63,796 nt of DNA, taken from assembly GCF_003704095.1 (NCBI RefSeq), contig NW_020847337.1, positions 62,205 through 126,000 on the forward strand. Reading direction: 5' to 3'. This DNA comes from Pocillopora damicornis (Eukaryota). The first letter of the stretch is position 1, and each line of letters starts with the position of its first letter. The notes under the pieces are model-generated. The model had not been told where the DNA came from and searched no databases. It saw only the letters and a list, made by a program, of their open reading frames with translations. Both the position numbers and the translations under genes were made by a program. Positions 39,971 through 50,739 of the stretch are shown piece after piece.

Positions 39971-40186
39971 TAACTCTGTACACCCCAACATCATCATGCA
40001 GATTCTCCATACTGTTCTCCATACATGTCTCAAGACGCTGACATAAAGAATTTGTTTCGTAACCATCGAGCGCCTCGTCAGTTGGTGATCATTTCCGTTT
40101 TTCTTTTGACCTTTACCTTTCATTCTATGGATGATACTATAAAGAGAAATTAGATGCCTGTCACTCCTCCTGGGTTAAAGTGTTAA
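39971..40186. repeat. ~210-bp TIR-bounded dispersed repeat
   Basis: taactctgtacaccccaacatcatcatgcagattctccatactgttctcc...gggttaaagtgttaa; same family as 7495-7705. Confidence 0.6.
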
Positions 40187-42014
40187 GCTGCATGTGTTTA
40201 TCCAAGTTCAGTCCAGGTTTGCTGCATCAATAAAGGTTTTGGGTATCTTTTGACGGCAAGTTACACTAACGGTTAGGATACTTCACAGCTCGGACATTTT
40301 TCGTGAAGGATCCACTGTTTTAAAATCATTTTGTTATTTTTGAGTGGTACTGAGTCACGATTGCATGACGTATGACGCAGGGTACGAGCTTTTTTCACTC
40401 TTCTTACGGTGGAGAGGAGGTGGCACAGATTCAGACAAATAATAAATGTTGCAATTACCAAATTATATTTTGAATCTTTTTTGCGTGAAACTTATTTATA
40501 GAATCATTTTTAAAAAAACCTTGCGCTGCGGAAACACTCGNNNNNNNNNNCCAGGCATGAATATTGACCGGTCCCTTGGCCTGAAACCATATAAATTATA
40601 TCATTTCACATCACTCAGCTTTCAGTTCTCTTTTGAGAGAACTTCATTTCATGTTCCATGTCTTTAAGCCTAACTTTAAAGCTTCTTGCCTTCACCTGCC
40701 ATGAAATAGAACAAGAGAGCAGCAGTTTAGATTAATTCCTCATGAAGATTCACGTTGGTCGGTGATCCGGCGACTAGCATACTCTGGTAGCCACAGGATT
40801 CGCCAAATCTTTCCCGCTCGCAAAGACAGCCATAATTTGAAGTTGTATTTTACTAGTTCCGATCAAGCAAGTCCAACATATAAAATCTAACAATCAGAGA
40901 GGGACTGCCGGCCATGAGAATCGAAGTGTTTATTTAGTTGAAGGGAAAAAACAACTGCCCTTCATTCAGTATGTCAGAATAATTAAGAATAACTAACATC
41001 ATCTTAATGATTGCAGTAAAATAAATGGTCTAAGCAACAAATTTTTTTAAAAAAATTGGTACAAATACCTGAAGTCTAACGAAGTCCGGTAGAAATTTTT
41101 GTACGAAAATGTTCCTAGTAACCGTGCTCGGATTAACCTTCTTAACTCCTAATCTACGATTTTTTTGGTACAAAAATAAGGGATATGTGGTCTTCCCTTT
41201 AAATTCGAAGAGGTATTTTTAACTTGAGGGCCATCATCAAATATCAATCTAGAATCCTAAACTACACAGTTGTAGACTGCTCGTGTGACCAGCTATAAAA
41301 ATCTTTATCGTCAGTAAAAATAAGAAAATGCTAATTTCCCGAGGAATTAATTTAATGAAGTCAAAAAAATTAGCGTTACCCCGAAGTCGATATATATATT
41401 GGGCATGAAGATCACTTCATAAAAATACTTGAGACAGATCCACGCAAAAAAACCAAACAAATGAAACCGAAAAAAAATTTTGAAAACCTTTGAAAATCTT
41501 ACTCTATTAGAGAAAACGTTTTATCATCACGCTTGAGATTTCATATGATTTCCTGAAAAAATCAGAACAATTATGTACGAGTATACTTTTTAACCTTGAA
41601 AAAAACTCTGCGCATTTGACATGATAGAGAGCCTCTTAGAAAAACAATTACTCCATATTTGCTAGGGCTACACGACGTATCACTTTCGAAAGAATATTAC
41701 TTAAAATTTGCTTTGCTTGATATATTAATCGCTTTCGAAAAACATTAGTTACAATATGCTTGGCTTGATTATTTAACTATTCCGTTTGAGAGTTCAGCAA
41801 CTGCTAACTGTTCATCATCTCTACTTTATGAATTGTTCTGTCCCTGCTGCGCTCTTTACAGGAATGTTTAACTTTGACAATAGCTGAGTACTTGAAATTT
41901 AGCTCGCACGCGTCTCTCGCAGATGGCTTCCTCTTTCTATACGGTAGCAGTTCACAGTTTCTAGCTTTGCTCTGTCCAGCACATTCCGTTACAGCGGGTT
42001 TACTTGATTCATGG

Positions 42015-42083
42015 CTATTTGGTTGTAGCAGACACAGGCCAATTTGCAAAATCAAACGTCACGTTGTCGCCAATCAGCATAAA
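42015..42083 (-). CDS. Last 22 codons of a CHAT-domain gene paralogue; the remainder is lost in the N gap
   Basis: FMLIGDNVTFDFANWPVSATTK* is near-identical to the C-terminus FMLIGDNVTFDFANWPVSTSTK* of the + strand CHAT ORF. Confidence 0.75.
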   Translation of the reverse strand, partial: FMLIGDNVTFDFANWPVSATTK

Positions 42084-42184
42084 NNNNNNNNNNNNNNNNN
42101 NNNNNNNNNNNNNNNNNNNNNNNNNNNNNNNNNNNNNNNNNNNNNNNNNNNNNNNNNNNNNNNNNNNNNNNNNNNNNNNNNNNT

Positions 42185-42712
42185 TTGATTGGAGATCGCG
42201 CGACAAAGCAGGCTGTACTTCAAGCAATACATTCAGTTAGTCTGATCCATCTAGCTGCTCATGGTGATGCTGAAAGAGGAGAGATTGTCCTTTCCCCAGA
42301 GTGTCCCGCTGACTATGTTCCACGAGAAGACGCCTACCTCTTGACTATGGCGGACATTTCACGAATTAAGCTGCAAGCTAAACTGGTTGTGCTTAGCTGC
42401 TGTCACAGTGCACGTGGACAGATTAAAGCCGAGGGAGTTATTGGAATCGCTCGAGCGTTCTTAGGATCCGGTGCTCGCTCAGTGTTAGCGGCACGGTGGG
42501 CTTTAGATGACACAGCCACAGAGAAGTTCATGACTTGTTTCTACGAGCACTTGTTCCGCGGTGAAAGCGCCAGTGAATCTCTTCACGAGGCCAGGAAATG
42601 GATGAGAAACAATGGCTTTGTGGAAGTCTCCAAGTGGGCTTCTTTTATGCTGATTGGCGACAACGTGACATTTGATTTTGCAAATTGGCCTGTGTCTACT
42701 TCAACCAAATAG
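42185..42712 (+). CDS. C-terminal CHAT (caspase HetF associated with TPRs) protease domain of a TTC28-like TPR-CHAT protein, 5' truncated by a gap
   Basis: ATKQAVL, LIHLAAHG (His 42260-42262), AKLVVLSCCHSARG (Cys 42401-42403), EGVIGIARAFLGSGARSV...W.LDD.AT..FM..FY, WASFMLIGD. These are canonical CHAT motifs with the His/Cys dyad intact. Confidence 0.88.
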   Translation: MIGDRATKQAVLQAIHSVSLIHLAAHGDAERGEIVLSPECPADYVPREDAYLLTMADISRIKLQAKLVVLSCCHSARGQIKAEGVIGIARAFLGSGARSVLAARWALDDTATEKFMTCFYEHLFRGESASESLHEARKWMRNNGFVEVSKWASFMLIGDNVTFDFANWPVSTSTK

Positions 42713-44159
42713 CCATGAGTCATGTAAACCCGCTGTGACGAAATGTGCTGGACGGAATAAAGTTAGAAACTGTTAATTGCCACCGTACAGAGAGAGAAAA
42801 CCATCTGAAAAGACGTCTGCAAGTTAAATTTGAGGCACTCAAGCAAAACTTTCCTGTAAAGAACGCAGCAGGGACACGAAAATTCATAAAGTAGAGATGA
42901 TGAACTTTTAGCAGTTACTGAACAAACGCAAGAGCATTCCCTTTTCGAAAGCGAATGGTTCAATAATCAAGCCAAGCACATTGTAGCTAATTTTTTTCGA
43001 AAGCGGTTAATACATTGAGCAAAGCAAATTTTAAGTAATATACTTAAAGTGATACGTCATGTAGCTTTAGCAAGTATGGAGTAATTGTTTTTATAAGGGG
43101 CTCTGTATCATATAAAATGTGCAGAGTTTTTTTCAAGGTTAAGCAGTATACTCGAACTTAGTTGTCATGATTCTGTCAGGAAATCATTTGTCATCTTAAG
43201 CAGGATGATAAAACGTTAGGGTTAGATTTTCAAAGGTTTTCAAAATCTTTTCGGTTTCATTTGTTTGTTTTTTTTTTGCGAGAAATTATAAGTCGTCATA
43301 TGTGAAGTACTTTTAGAAAGTGATCTCCATACGCAATGTATATATCAACTTTGGGTAACGCTAATTTTTTTGAAATTAGCATTTTCTTATTTTTACTGAC
43401 GATAAAGATTTTAATAGCTGGTCTTACGAGCAGTCTACAGGTGTCTAGTTTAGGATTCTAGATTGATTTTGATGATGGCCCTCCAGTTAAAAATACCTCT
43501 TCGAATTTATGGGTAAGGTCAAGTTTATCTTAATTTTGTAGGAAAAAATCGAAAAAACAAGATTAGGAGTTAACAACATTGATGTGAGCACGGTTACCAG
43601 TACCATTTTCGTACAAACATTTATACCGGACTTCGTTAGATTTCAGGTATTGTATTCAATTTGCAAAAACTTGTTACCTAGACCATATATTTTACTACAA
43701 TCATTAAGATGTTCAGATTAACACTGTTGTGAGTAAAAAGCACTTAATTCTTCGTCATTACGACATACCGAATGATGGACAGTTGCTTTTTTCTTCATCC
43801 AGATATATACTTCGATTCTGACACCGGTAGTCCATCTCTGATTGTTGGATTTGATATGTTGGACTTGCTTGAACGGAAATAGTAAAATACGCCTTCAAAT
43901 TATGGCTGTCTTAACGAGCGGAAGAGATTTAGCGAATCCTGTGTTCTGATCGGCTACCAGAGCATGCTAGTCGCTGGATCGCTGACCAACATGAATTCAT
44001 CTAAACTGCTGCTCACTTATACTATTTCATGGCAGGTGAAGGCACAAAGTTACTAAGTGAAGGTGAAAGAAATGAAACATGATATGGAAGTTCTGTTAAG
44101 AGAGAATTGAAAGTAGAGTCATATAAAGTGATATAATTACTCGGGGCTTTCAAAACGAA

Positions 44160-46727
44160 ATGCCGAATGGCATCCTCAGCCGCCGTTTTCGGCGGCTGAG
44201 GATGCCATTCGGCATAAGTTCTGCGCCTGAGATATGGCAGCGGAAGATGCATGAAGCAATTGAGCGATGATTTCCTGGTTTAGGGATTTGGAGACACAGT
44301 AGATGAAGCAGTGAAGGATCATGACCAAAATTAAACCGCTTTCCTACAAAGATGCCGTGATTTGAATCTGACACTTAATCTTTAGAAGATTAAGGTTTGC
44401 CTATCACAAGTACCATTCATGGGCCACTTACTCACAGCAGATGGTGCTGTGACTGACCCAAACAAAGTTCGTGCCATGCCGTATGTGACATGCCTACTCC
44501 AACAGATGTCAAATCCTTTAAAAGATTTCTTTGGATGGTTACTTACCTAGCAAAGTTCTTACCACACCTGTCCAGTGTCTGCGAACCGCTAAGGCGACTG
44601 GAGCTTAAGGATGCTGAATAGAGGTGGCTGCCCGTTCACGATGAAGTAGTCCAAAGTATTAAGATTCTTGTTTGTGAAGCTCCAGTGGTGAAGTTTCATG
44701 ATGTTAATCGGAAAGTCGCAATTGAAAGTGACGCGTCTCTCAGTGGATTTGGCGCCTCCTTACTCCAGGAGGGTCAGCCCGTTGCATTCGCCTCAAGAGC
44801 TCTCACTCCAGCGGAAGGTTGCTACGTTCAGATTGAGAAGGAACTTCTCTCTGTTGTTTTTGCCTGTGAGAGGTTCAATTCGTACATGTATGGTCGAGAT
44901 GTGGTGCATGTTAAGACAGATCACCAGCCCCTTAAAGCGATCTTTAAAAAGGACCTCGGCTCTACTCCCAAGCGTCTCCAGAGGATATTGTTGTGCTTAC
45001 AGCGTTACAAACTTGACGTAAAATACCAAAAAGGAAGGTTGATGGTTATGCCTGATCCCTTGTCCCGAGCCTCGACGAAACTCTCGCACAGACCGAGTTT
45101 TGCAATGAGCTCAAGGAGATAGTGCTTGTGGAGGATCTCCCCATTTCAGAAGCACGACCGAAGGAATTCAAGGAAGGGACTGCCTTGCATGACAACCTTT
45201 AGATCCTTATGCCCGCTGTCCTAGAAGGTTGGCCTAGCATTCTGGATAAAGTTCCGGCTGAGGTCAAGCCATACTGTGACTTTCAGTTTCAAGATGAAAT
45301 CACAGCCCAAAATGGTTTGCTGTTTAAGAGTGAGTGCCTCATTGTACTAGCCAAGTTAAGGAAAGAAATGATGGAAAAGGTCCATCTTGGTATTGAGGGC
45401 TGCCTTCGACGAGCCAGAGAAGTGTTTTACAAGCCGTGCATGAATGTTGAGCTTAAAGATTTCATTCTCAAATGTGATATCTGTAGTTCGTATAAGCAAG
45501 CTCTGCATCGAGAACTACTAATGCCCCATGAAATCCCATCAAGGCCTTGGAAAAAGGTCGGTGCAGATTTGTTCCCGTTTGACCAGCGCCACTACCTGAT
45601 TACTGTGGATTGTTACTCTTCTTTCTTTGAGGTGGACACGACAGCTTCCAGAACTGTTATTGAGAAATTGAAAATGCAGTTTAGCCGCCATGGTATCCCG
45701 GAGATAGTTATTTCTGACAATGGACCACAATGTACTTCTGCAGAGTTTGCAAAGTTTCCAGGTGACTGGCTCTTTCAACATATTACTACCTCTCCTCGAA
45801 ATCCGCGAAGTAACGGAAAGGTTAAAGGTGCTGTGAAAATCAGGCAGCGCATGGAAAGTTTGACCCATATCTTGCCTACTTGACTATTGTAACACGCCTA
45901 CGGAATTTGGCTCATCCCCAGCGTAAAGGCTGTTCAGCCGGAGAACACGCAATTTGTTACCCCTGTCAAGATGCAAGATAAGCTGATTAACTCTAAGAAA
46001 AATCAGGCTTTCTACTGCAACCTGAAAGGCAAAGCACAACCTGAGTTGCAACCTGGACAAACTGTCAGGATGAAGAGGCCCAACGAATCTACGTGGACGG
46101 AAGCTGTTTGCAAGAAAATGACTGGCCCACGTTTCTATGCGGTTGTATCGGGTGGTCGAACCTACCGACGAAATCACCGACAGCTGCGAATGGTGCCACT
46201 ATCTGATTCTCCGCCTGTTGCGAAATAAGCAGCTGAGCCTTTGCGATCACTGCCCCTGTTAGATTTCCACCCAGTTGCAAAAACAGCAACTGAGCCCTTG
46301 CAATTAGCATTTCAAGCAGACCCCCTACCTATTGTGAAAACTGCTGCTGAACACGTAGAACTTGCGCTCCTTCATACTGTCACAAAGAGTGGTCGTATTT
46401 GTCAAACGACCAGCACGTTTTAGTGAGTTTGCGATTTTGACTCAGTGCTTTTCGGAAGCTTTATTTTTTAAACACTGTTGTTGTTGTTTTTGTTGTTGTT
46501 TGCTGGTTTTTTTTTTTTCACGAAGGAACTCAGTCGCAGTTTGCAAGAACTCAGTTAAGACACCCCTTCTTTCAAAGGGGAAGATGTTGTGATACTGCAT
46601 AAATTAGCATATATTTCTGTATCACGTGACTTATTATTCTGTAATTAGACCTTGTGGTGTTTCAATCAGCCGCCATTAAAATAGTTGAGTTGTGTTTACG
46701 CTCGGTGTCCTTACGTTGATCATTACA
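44160..46727 (+). mobile_element. Degenerate, 5'-truncated Ty3/Gypsy LTR retrotransposon (RT fragment, RNase H, integrase, PPT, putative 3' LTR)
   Basis: RT remnants RLRMPFGISSAPEIWQR and DDFLV, then FMGHLL; RNase H SDASLSGFGA.LLQ..QPVAFASR, QIEKELL, TDHQPL; integrase HLGIEGC..RARE, CDIC, PWKKVGADLF, ISDNGPQ. Many stops and frameshifts. PPT aaaggggaaga at 46574-46584 is followed by TGTTGTGAT...ATCATTACA (46585-46727) containing ATTAAA. Confidence 0.88.
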
Positions 46728-46989
46728 CTTATGAGAGATCTCTTTATGAACGAACATTTATTAGTAAACCATTTAGAGAGAAACATGCTCTACCAACTGA
46801 GCTATCTAATGTTAATCTAGAGAAGCATAAACGCAAATCTCATCGTGTAAGCAGACGTGATCGTGAACCAAGCAGAATACCAATACGAAGTTTGAAAAGA
46901 TTAAGGAAAAAAAAAAAGATTAAGGCTAGAGAATTTGTCGTTGTGCGTATTCTTTCATGTATACCCATGTCATCTACATTGTACTATAA

Positions 46990-47755
46990 TGTAAATACTA
47001 AAAAAAGCTATTACGAATTCCTCAAAGTATAGGAATGATAAATATCGTGCCAGTCGATATTCAACGATGTTTTCTTGTAACAAACTGATGCGTTCTTGCA
47101 AGAGTGAGGCTCATGTAGCAAATTATTGCAACCATAAATTAAGTAGAGACATGGAAAAAAAATCCTAGTCCTCCAATATATATTGACCCTAACAAGACAA
47201 TAGCAGCTCCATAGAGTCAAGGTAACGAGTTAGTTTTTGGACAGAATGCAGGAAAACAATGTGTTGCAATGAGTTTGCGCTCTTTGATTTTTAATAACAC
47301 ACAAGGGATCAGCTCTGCAAGTGATCTTAAACAAAGAATGAATGTTAGAAATCAATTTATTCAAGTTTGTCACGATTAGTCAGACAGGCGCTCTTAATGC
47401 AGTCAGAATTACCAGCAGCATTAAATGTGTTTGATACCGATTATCAACTGGAATACAGTGAGAGCTACTCCGGTACTGTTCATCAAGAAACTACCATAGA
47501 GGGATATCAGTTCTGTATCTCTTTACAAAGAGCCTTTTGAATCGCTCATATCTGAAACCTAAACCAATATTATATTAACTATATTAACAGAAGGGTGTAT
47601 TGCTGTTGCAATCTATTGTAATGGTAATATGGGGGTTCAAAGTATTTTACTCTCATGCTAGAGATTTGTATGGTAGGGGGCAGCATGACAAGGTACACAA
47701 GTTATTCTGGAAGTACTTTTCCTTAATAGTCTATTGCATTAATTCCAGAGTATAT
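46990..47755 (+). pseudogene. Decayed ORF: 2A-like peptide followed by a herpesvirus tegument-type deubiquitinase (peptidase C76-like) domain, probably transposon (Helitron-type) cargo
   Basis: Manual translation across stops and frameshifts gives KLSRDMEK/NPSP, then IAAP*SQGNELVFGQNAGKQCVAMSL..LIF, SDLKQ.MN, LMQSELP, YSESYSG, FKVFYSHARDLYG. This matches the (H/S)QG..F..AG.QC and F(D)SH motif layout of that family. Confidence 0.62.
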
Positions 47756-49228
47756 TAGTTAAAGTGATGAATCAAGTGCTTCGACAACTCATCTTTCACG
47801 TTAAGTTTGTTATAGTGGTCAGTTTTTATAAGATATTAATATGATGCAGAAAATAATTTGAACTTTGACAAACTACTGATTCCTTAAAAATAAATTTCAT
47901 GAGAACCACTCTAACAACCCCATAAATTAATCGTTCATCTGCTAATAAGCTTCAGTAGAGACTCCTTGTTTTCTTTTGGTGATAAGAAAAATAAGCAATT
48001 GGTTTTCTTGCATGGGTTGAGTGTCATCAACTTAGCACTTGGGGCTGTGTATGATTAAAAGTTATCTCAGCCTGGAATCTTTTGTTAACCAAGAAAAAGA
48101 AAACAGAAGACAGCCCATTTGGCAAATGACTCACCCTGCTACAACCTCACAACCTGCCAAACGGAATTTAATAAAGTCAAAACCAAACGAAAAAAATGGA
48201 AATTGTGTCTAGTAATAAGTATGGAAATAATACCCAATAATAGCCAATAATATATGACACTACCTCCCCCCACCCCACCCCAGGAAATGGTCTTCACACT
48301 ACATAATAAATTCTTTTTTCAGCTCTCTGTTTACACATGTGAGAAACCTGCATCTCTTGCATACCAAGACAGAAAACACTTACAGGATAAACCGATGATT
48401 GCATAAAAAAACTTACTAAGACAAATGCAGGCACAGAAAACAAAGTTTCTTTCTAACAGAGAGCTCGAGTGAACGCAAATATGTACAAGGAAAACAGGCC
48501 TCTCAGGATAGCACAATAATCAAGTATTTGCATGCAAATCCAGCTTAATCTGTCGCTGCATTCTGAGCGCCATTATTGCCGCCTACCAACCTGCCATCCG
48601 AGATGTTTTTGTCCGAGAACTGGTCGTTACAGTCCGAATGCATCTGATTATTCACGAAGGTCGATTGTATAGCGGAATCGTCCAAGTGATCGTATTTCAA
48701 AGCCATCACGAGATAAACCGCGAGCAACCGTTAACATGTACGTTAAGATTAATAAGTCATTAAGAAAAAAAAAAGAACTTATTATGATACCTTAAATTAC
48801 CCTTGAGGTAGAGCGACCATCCAATATGTCAGTTCTAAAAATCGCCAACGAGAGATGGCTGTTGGTAGTAAATACACAAGTTAACTTAACTTAATGCCTG
48901 GAACGTGATACACTCATCCTTAAACTGGTGTTAGCAGGGTTTGCAGAGGTGTCCCGAGGAATTCACCAAAAACTGTTCACCAATACTCTCTCGGCTCTAG
49001 AATCGTAGGTTCCTTTCGTTGGTCCTTGATGTTAAAATTCTTTCTCGGTATCCCCAGTATCGCACAAACAGACCCACTTGTTGCAAAGCCGAGTAACAGA
49101 TGACCTGGCTTTCGAGTACAAAGAAAAAAAACATCCTCATTGAGCAATTTATTCACGGGTTCAAATCCAGCCAACATATAAGCCTGGTTAAGAACATCTA
49201 GAAGACCACCTAAAACACCGAAGAGGAA

Positions 49229-49341
49229 AATGTCTTTGAAGGTTTGAGTGAAATCAAGTGTGTCCAATATAAAATTCGCTTTGATTCCGAAGCAACACCG
49301 ATCTTCCACATTCCACCCCCAGCAGGTTCCCAGCTGCCCTA
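49229..49341 (+). mobile_element. Small second Ty3/Gypsy pol remnant (protease-RT linker)
   Basis: Translates as NVFEGLSEIKCVQYKIRFDSEATPIF.../PPSRFPAAL, resembling the DVFEGLG...Y.I.LD..A.P..HPPRRVP.AL segment of Gypsy pol. Possible further remnants at ~49727-49870 (FQEAG/LTIN, PLTDL). Confidence 0.5.
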
Positions 49342-49522
49342 GTAAGCTCTCTTAGCCCTTTAACTCCGAAGATCCAATCATTAATTCTCCTTACTAACTG
49401 CCATACACATCCTTGTTTCTTATGCAAGAGAATTGATTCCAAATCACGATAACACAATCTAACCGATAATAACATATTAGGTATCTGTTCATATCTTCAA
49501 AGTGCTTAAGGATATAAGAGGA

Positions 49523-49714
49523 ATTTTCAACTTCGTAACAGACCTCGCCGCGCCTCGCCGCGCCTCGCCGCGCCTCGCCACCCTGGAGTCTCTGTGGCTC
49601 AGTGGTAGAGCATCGGAGCGCGGAATCCGAAGGTCTGAGGTTCAATTCCTCGTGAAGACTCAGAATTTTTTCTTTGTCCCACACTCGTGACAAGACGAAA
49701 AAAACATCATTCTT
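49523..49714 (+). mobile_element. tRNA-derived SINE-like insertion with a 12-bp target-site duplication
   Basis: tRNA-like core 49586-49661 (A-box tggctcagtggt, B-box ggttcaattcc), preceded by a 10-bp tandem (cgcctcgccg) x4. Flanked by GATATAAGAGGA at 49511-49522 and 49715-49726. Confidence 0.75.
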
Positions 49715-50739
49715 GATATAAGAGGACTTTCAAGAAGCTGGCCCTCACCATTAACAATGCGGGATACGCATTTCTTCGCCCGCGGGAAGATTTGAGACAG
49801 TTGAGGAAAGATTTGCCGAGATTTGTCTGGCACTTATGCTATCAGTGCTACGCCCCTTACAGACCTCGCACCGGCTCTCGTCGCTCCACGCCTCCAACAT
49901 TCCCGTGGGCAAAGAATCGCACGTGCCAAAGCGCTTATATTGAGGGCCTGGAGCTGAGCTCTATGTTAACTTGAAGTTGATGTGCGAAACCTGTCAATGA
50001 GCTTAGAAAACAGAAGAAAAACTTCCACCAAACTATTTATAGTGACTGCCTTCTTCCTCAAGCAAAACATGTTCAAGTTTTTTTTCACTGCTCTCTTACA
50101 TCAAAAGTTGAATAAGACCTAAAAGAATATGGCCAATCAGAGTTAGTGGAGTCCCTGTGCTAACTCTGATGGAAGTTATGGAATTTTTTGTTGTTTATGT
50201 CCAGAGGAGTATTATATTAAAAATAGCTTTGTTCAATGATAAGTTTTAAGAAAAGAATAAACTGGTCATCTCATTTACAGCTCTTTTAACGCATCCTGTC
50301 TAATCAGGTGTAATCATGTGAGTTTGCTGGTTTAGTTGAAAAAAAAATTGATGTCTGAGTTTCCACCAGCTCAGCACAAAAGGGCCACAGGCCAAAAGAA
50401 ACGGTAAGCCTGGGGACAAGAATGACTGCGAAAGTGACAGAAAGAAGCATAAGATCACGTTCTATTGGCATTTTCCGTGAGTGACAGCTGACATGTGTTA
50501 GGAAAAAACTGAACAGAGTAGCGGAGGCGGTTAACTGTATTTATTTATGGCGAGGCATTGAAGTCTACAGGTTTTGGTAAGTACTGATTGTATTCAAAAA
50601 ATGATACAGTTTAACTTTGCCACTGTCAGTGCCTTTACGTAGCTTACATACATCATTTTTGTTTGGAGCGTCAGTGTTCTATCATGCTATATTCAATGTT
50701 ATGATCTATGTCTTCGATAAAAACTGAGAGTTAATTTCT

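Larger units (their letters stand above)
40591..44140. repeat. Diverged ~1.5-kb inverted duplication (arms ~40591-42083 and ~42643-44140) of a CHAT gene 3' end and its flank
   Basis: Collinear reverse-complement matches along both arms, e.g. gccttcacctgccatgaaatag (~40688) vs ctatttcatggcaggtgaaggc (~44022), and tcgtcagtaaaaataagaaaatgctaattt vs aaattagcattttcttatttttactgacga. Numerous substitutions and indels. Confidence 0.85.
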
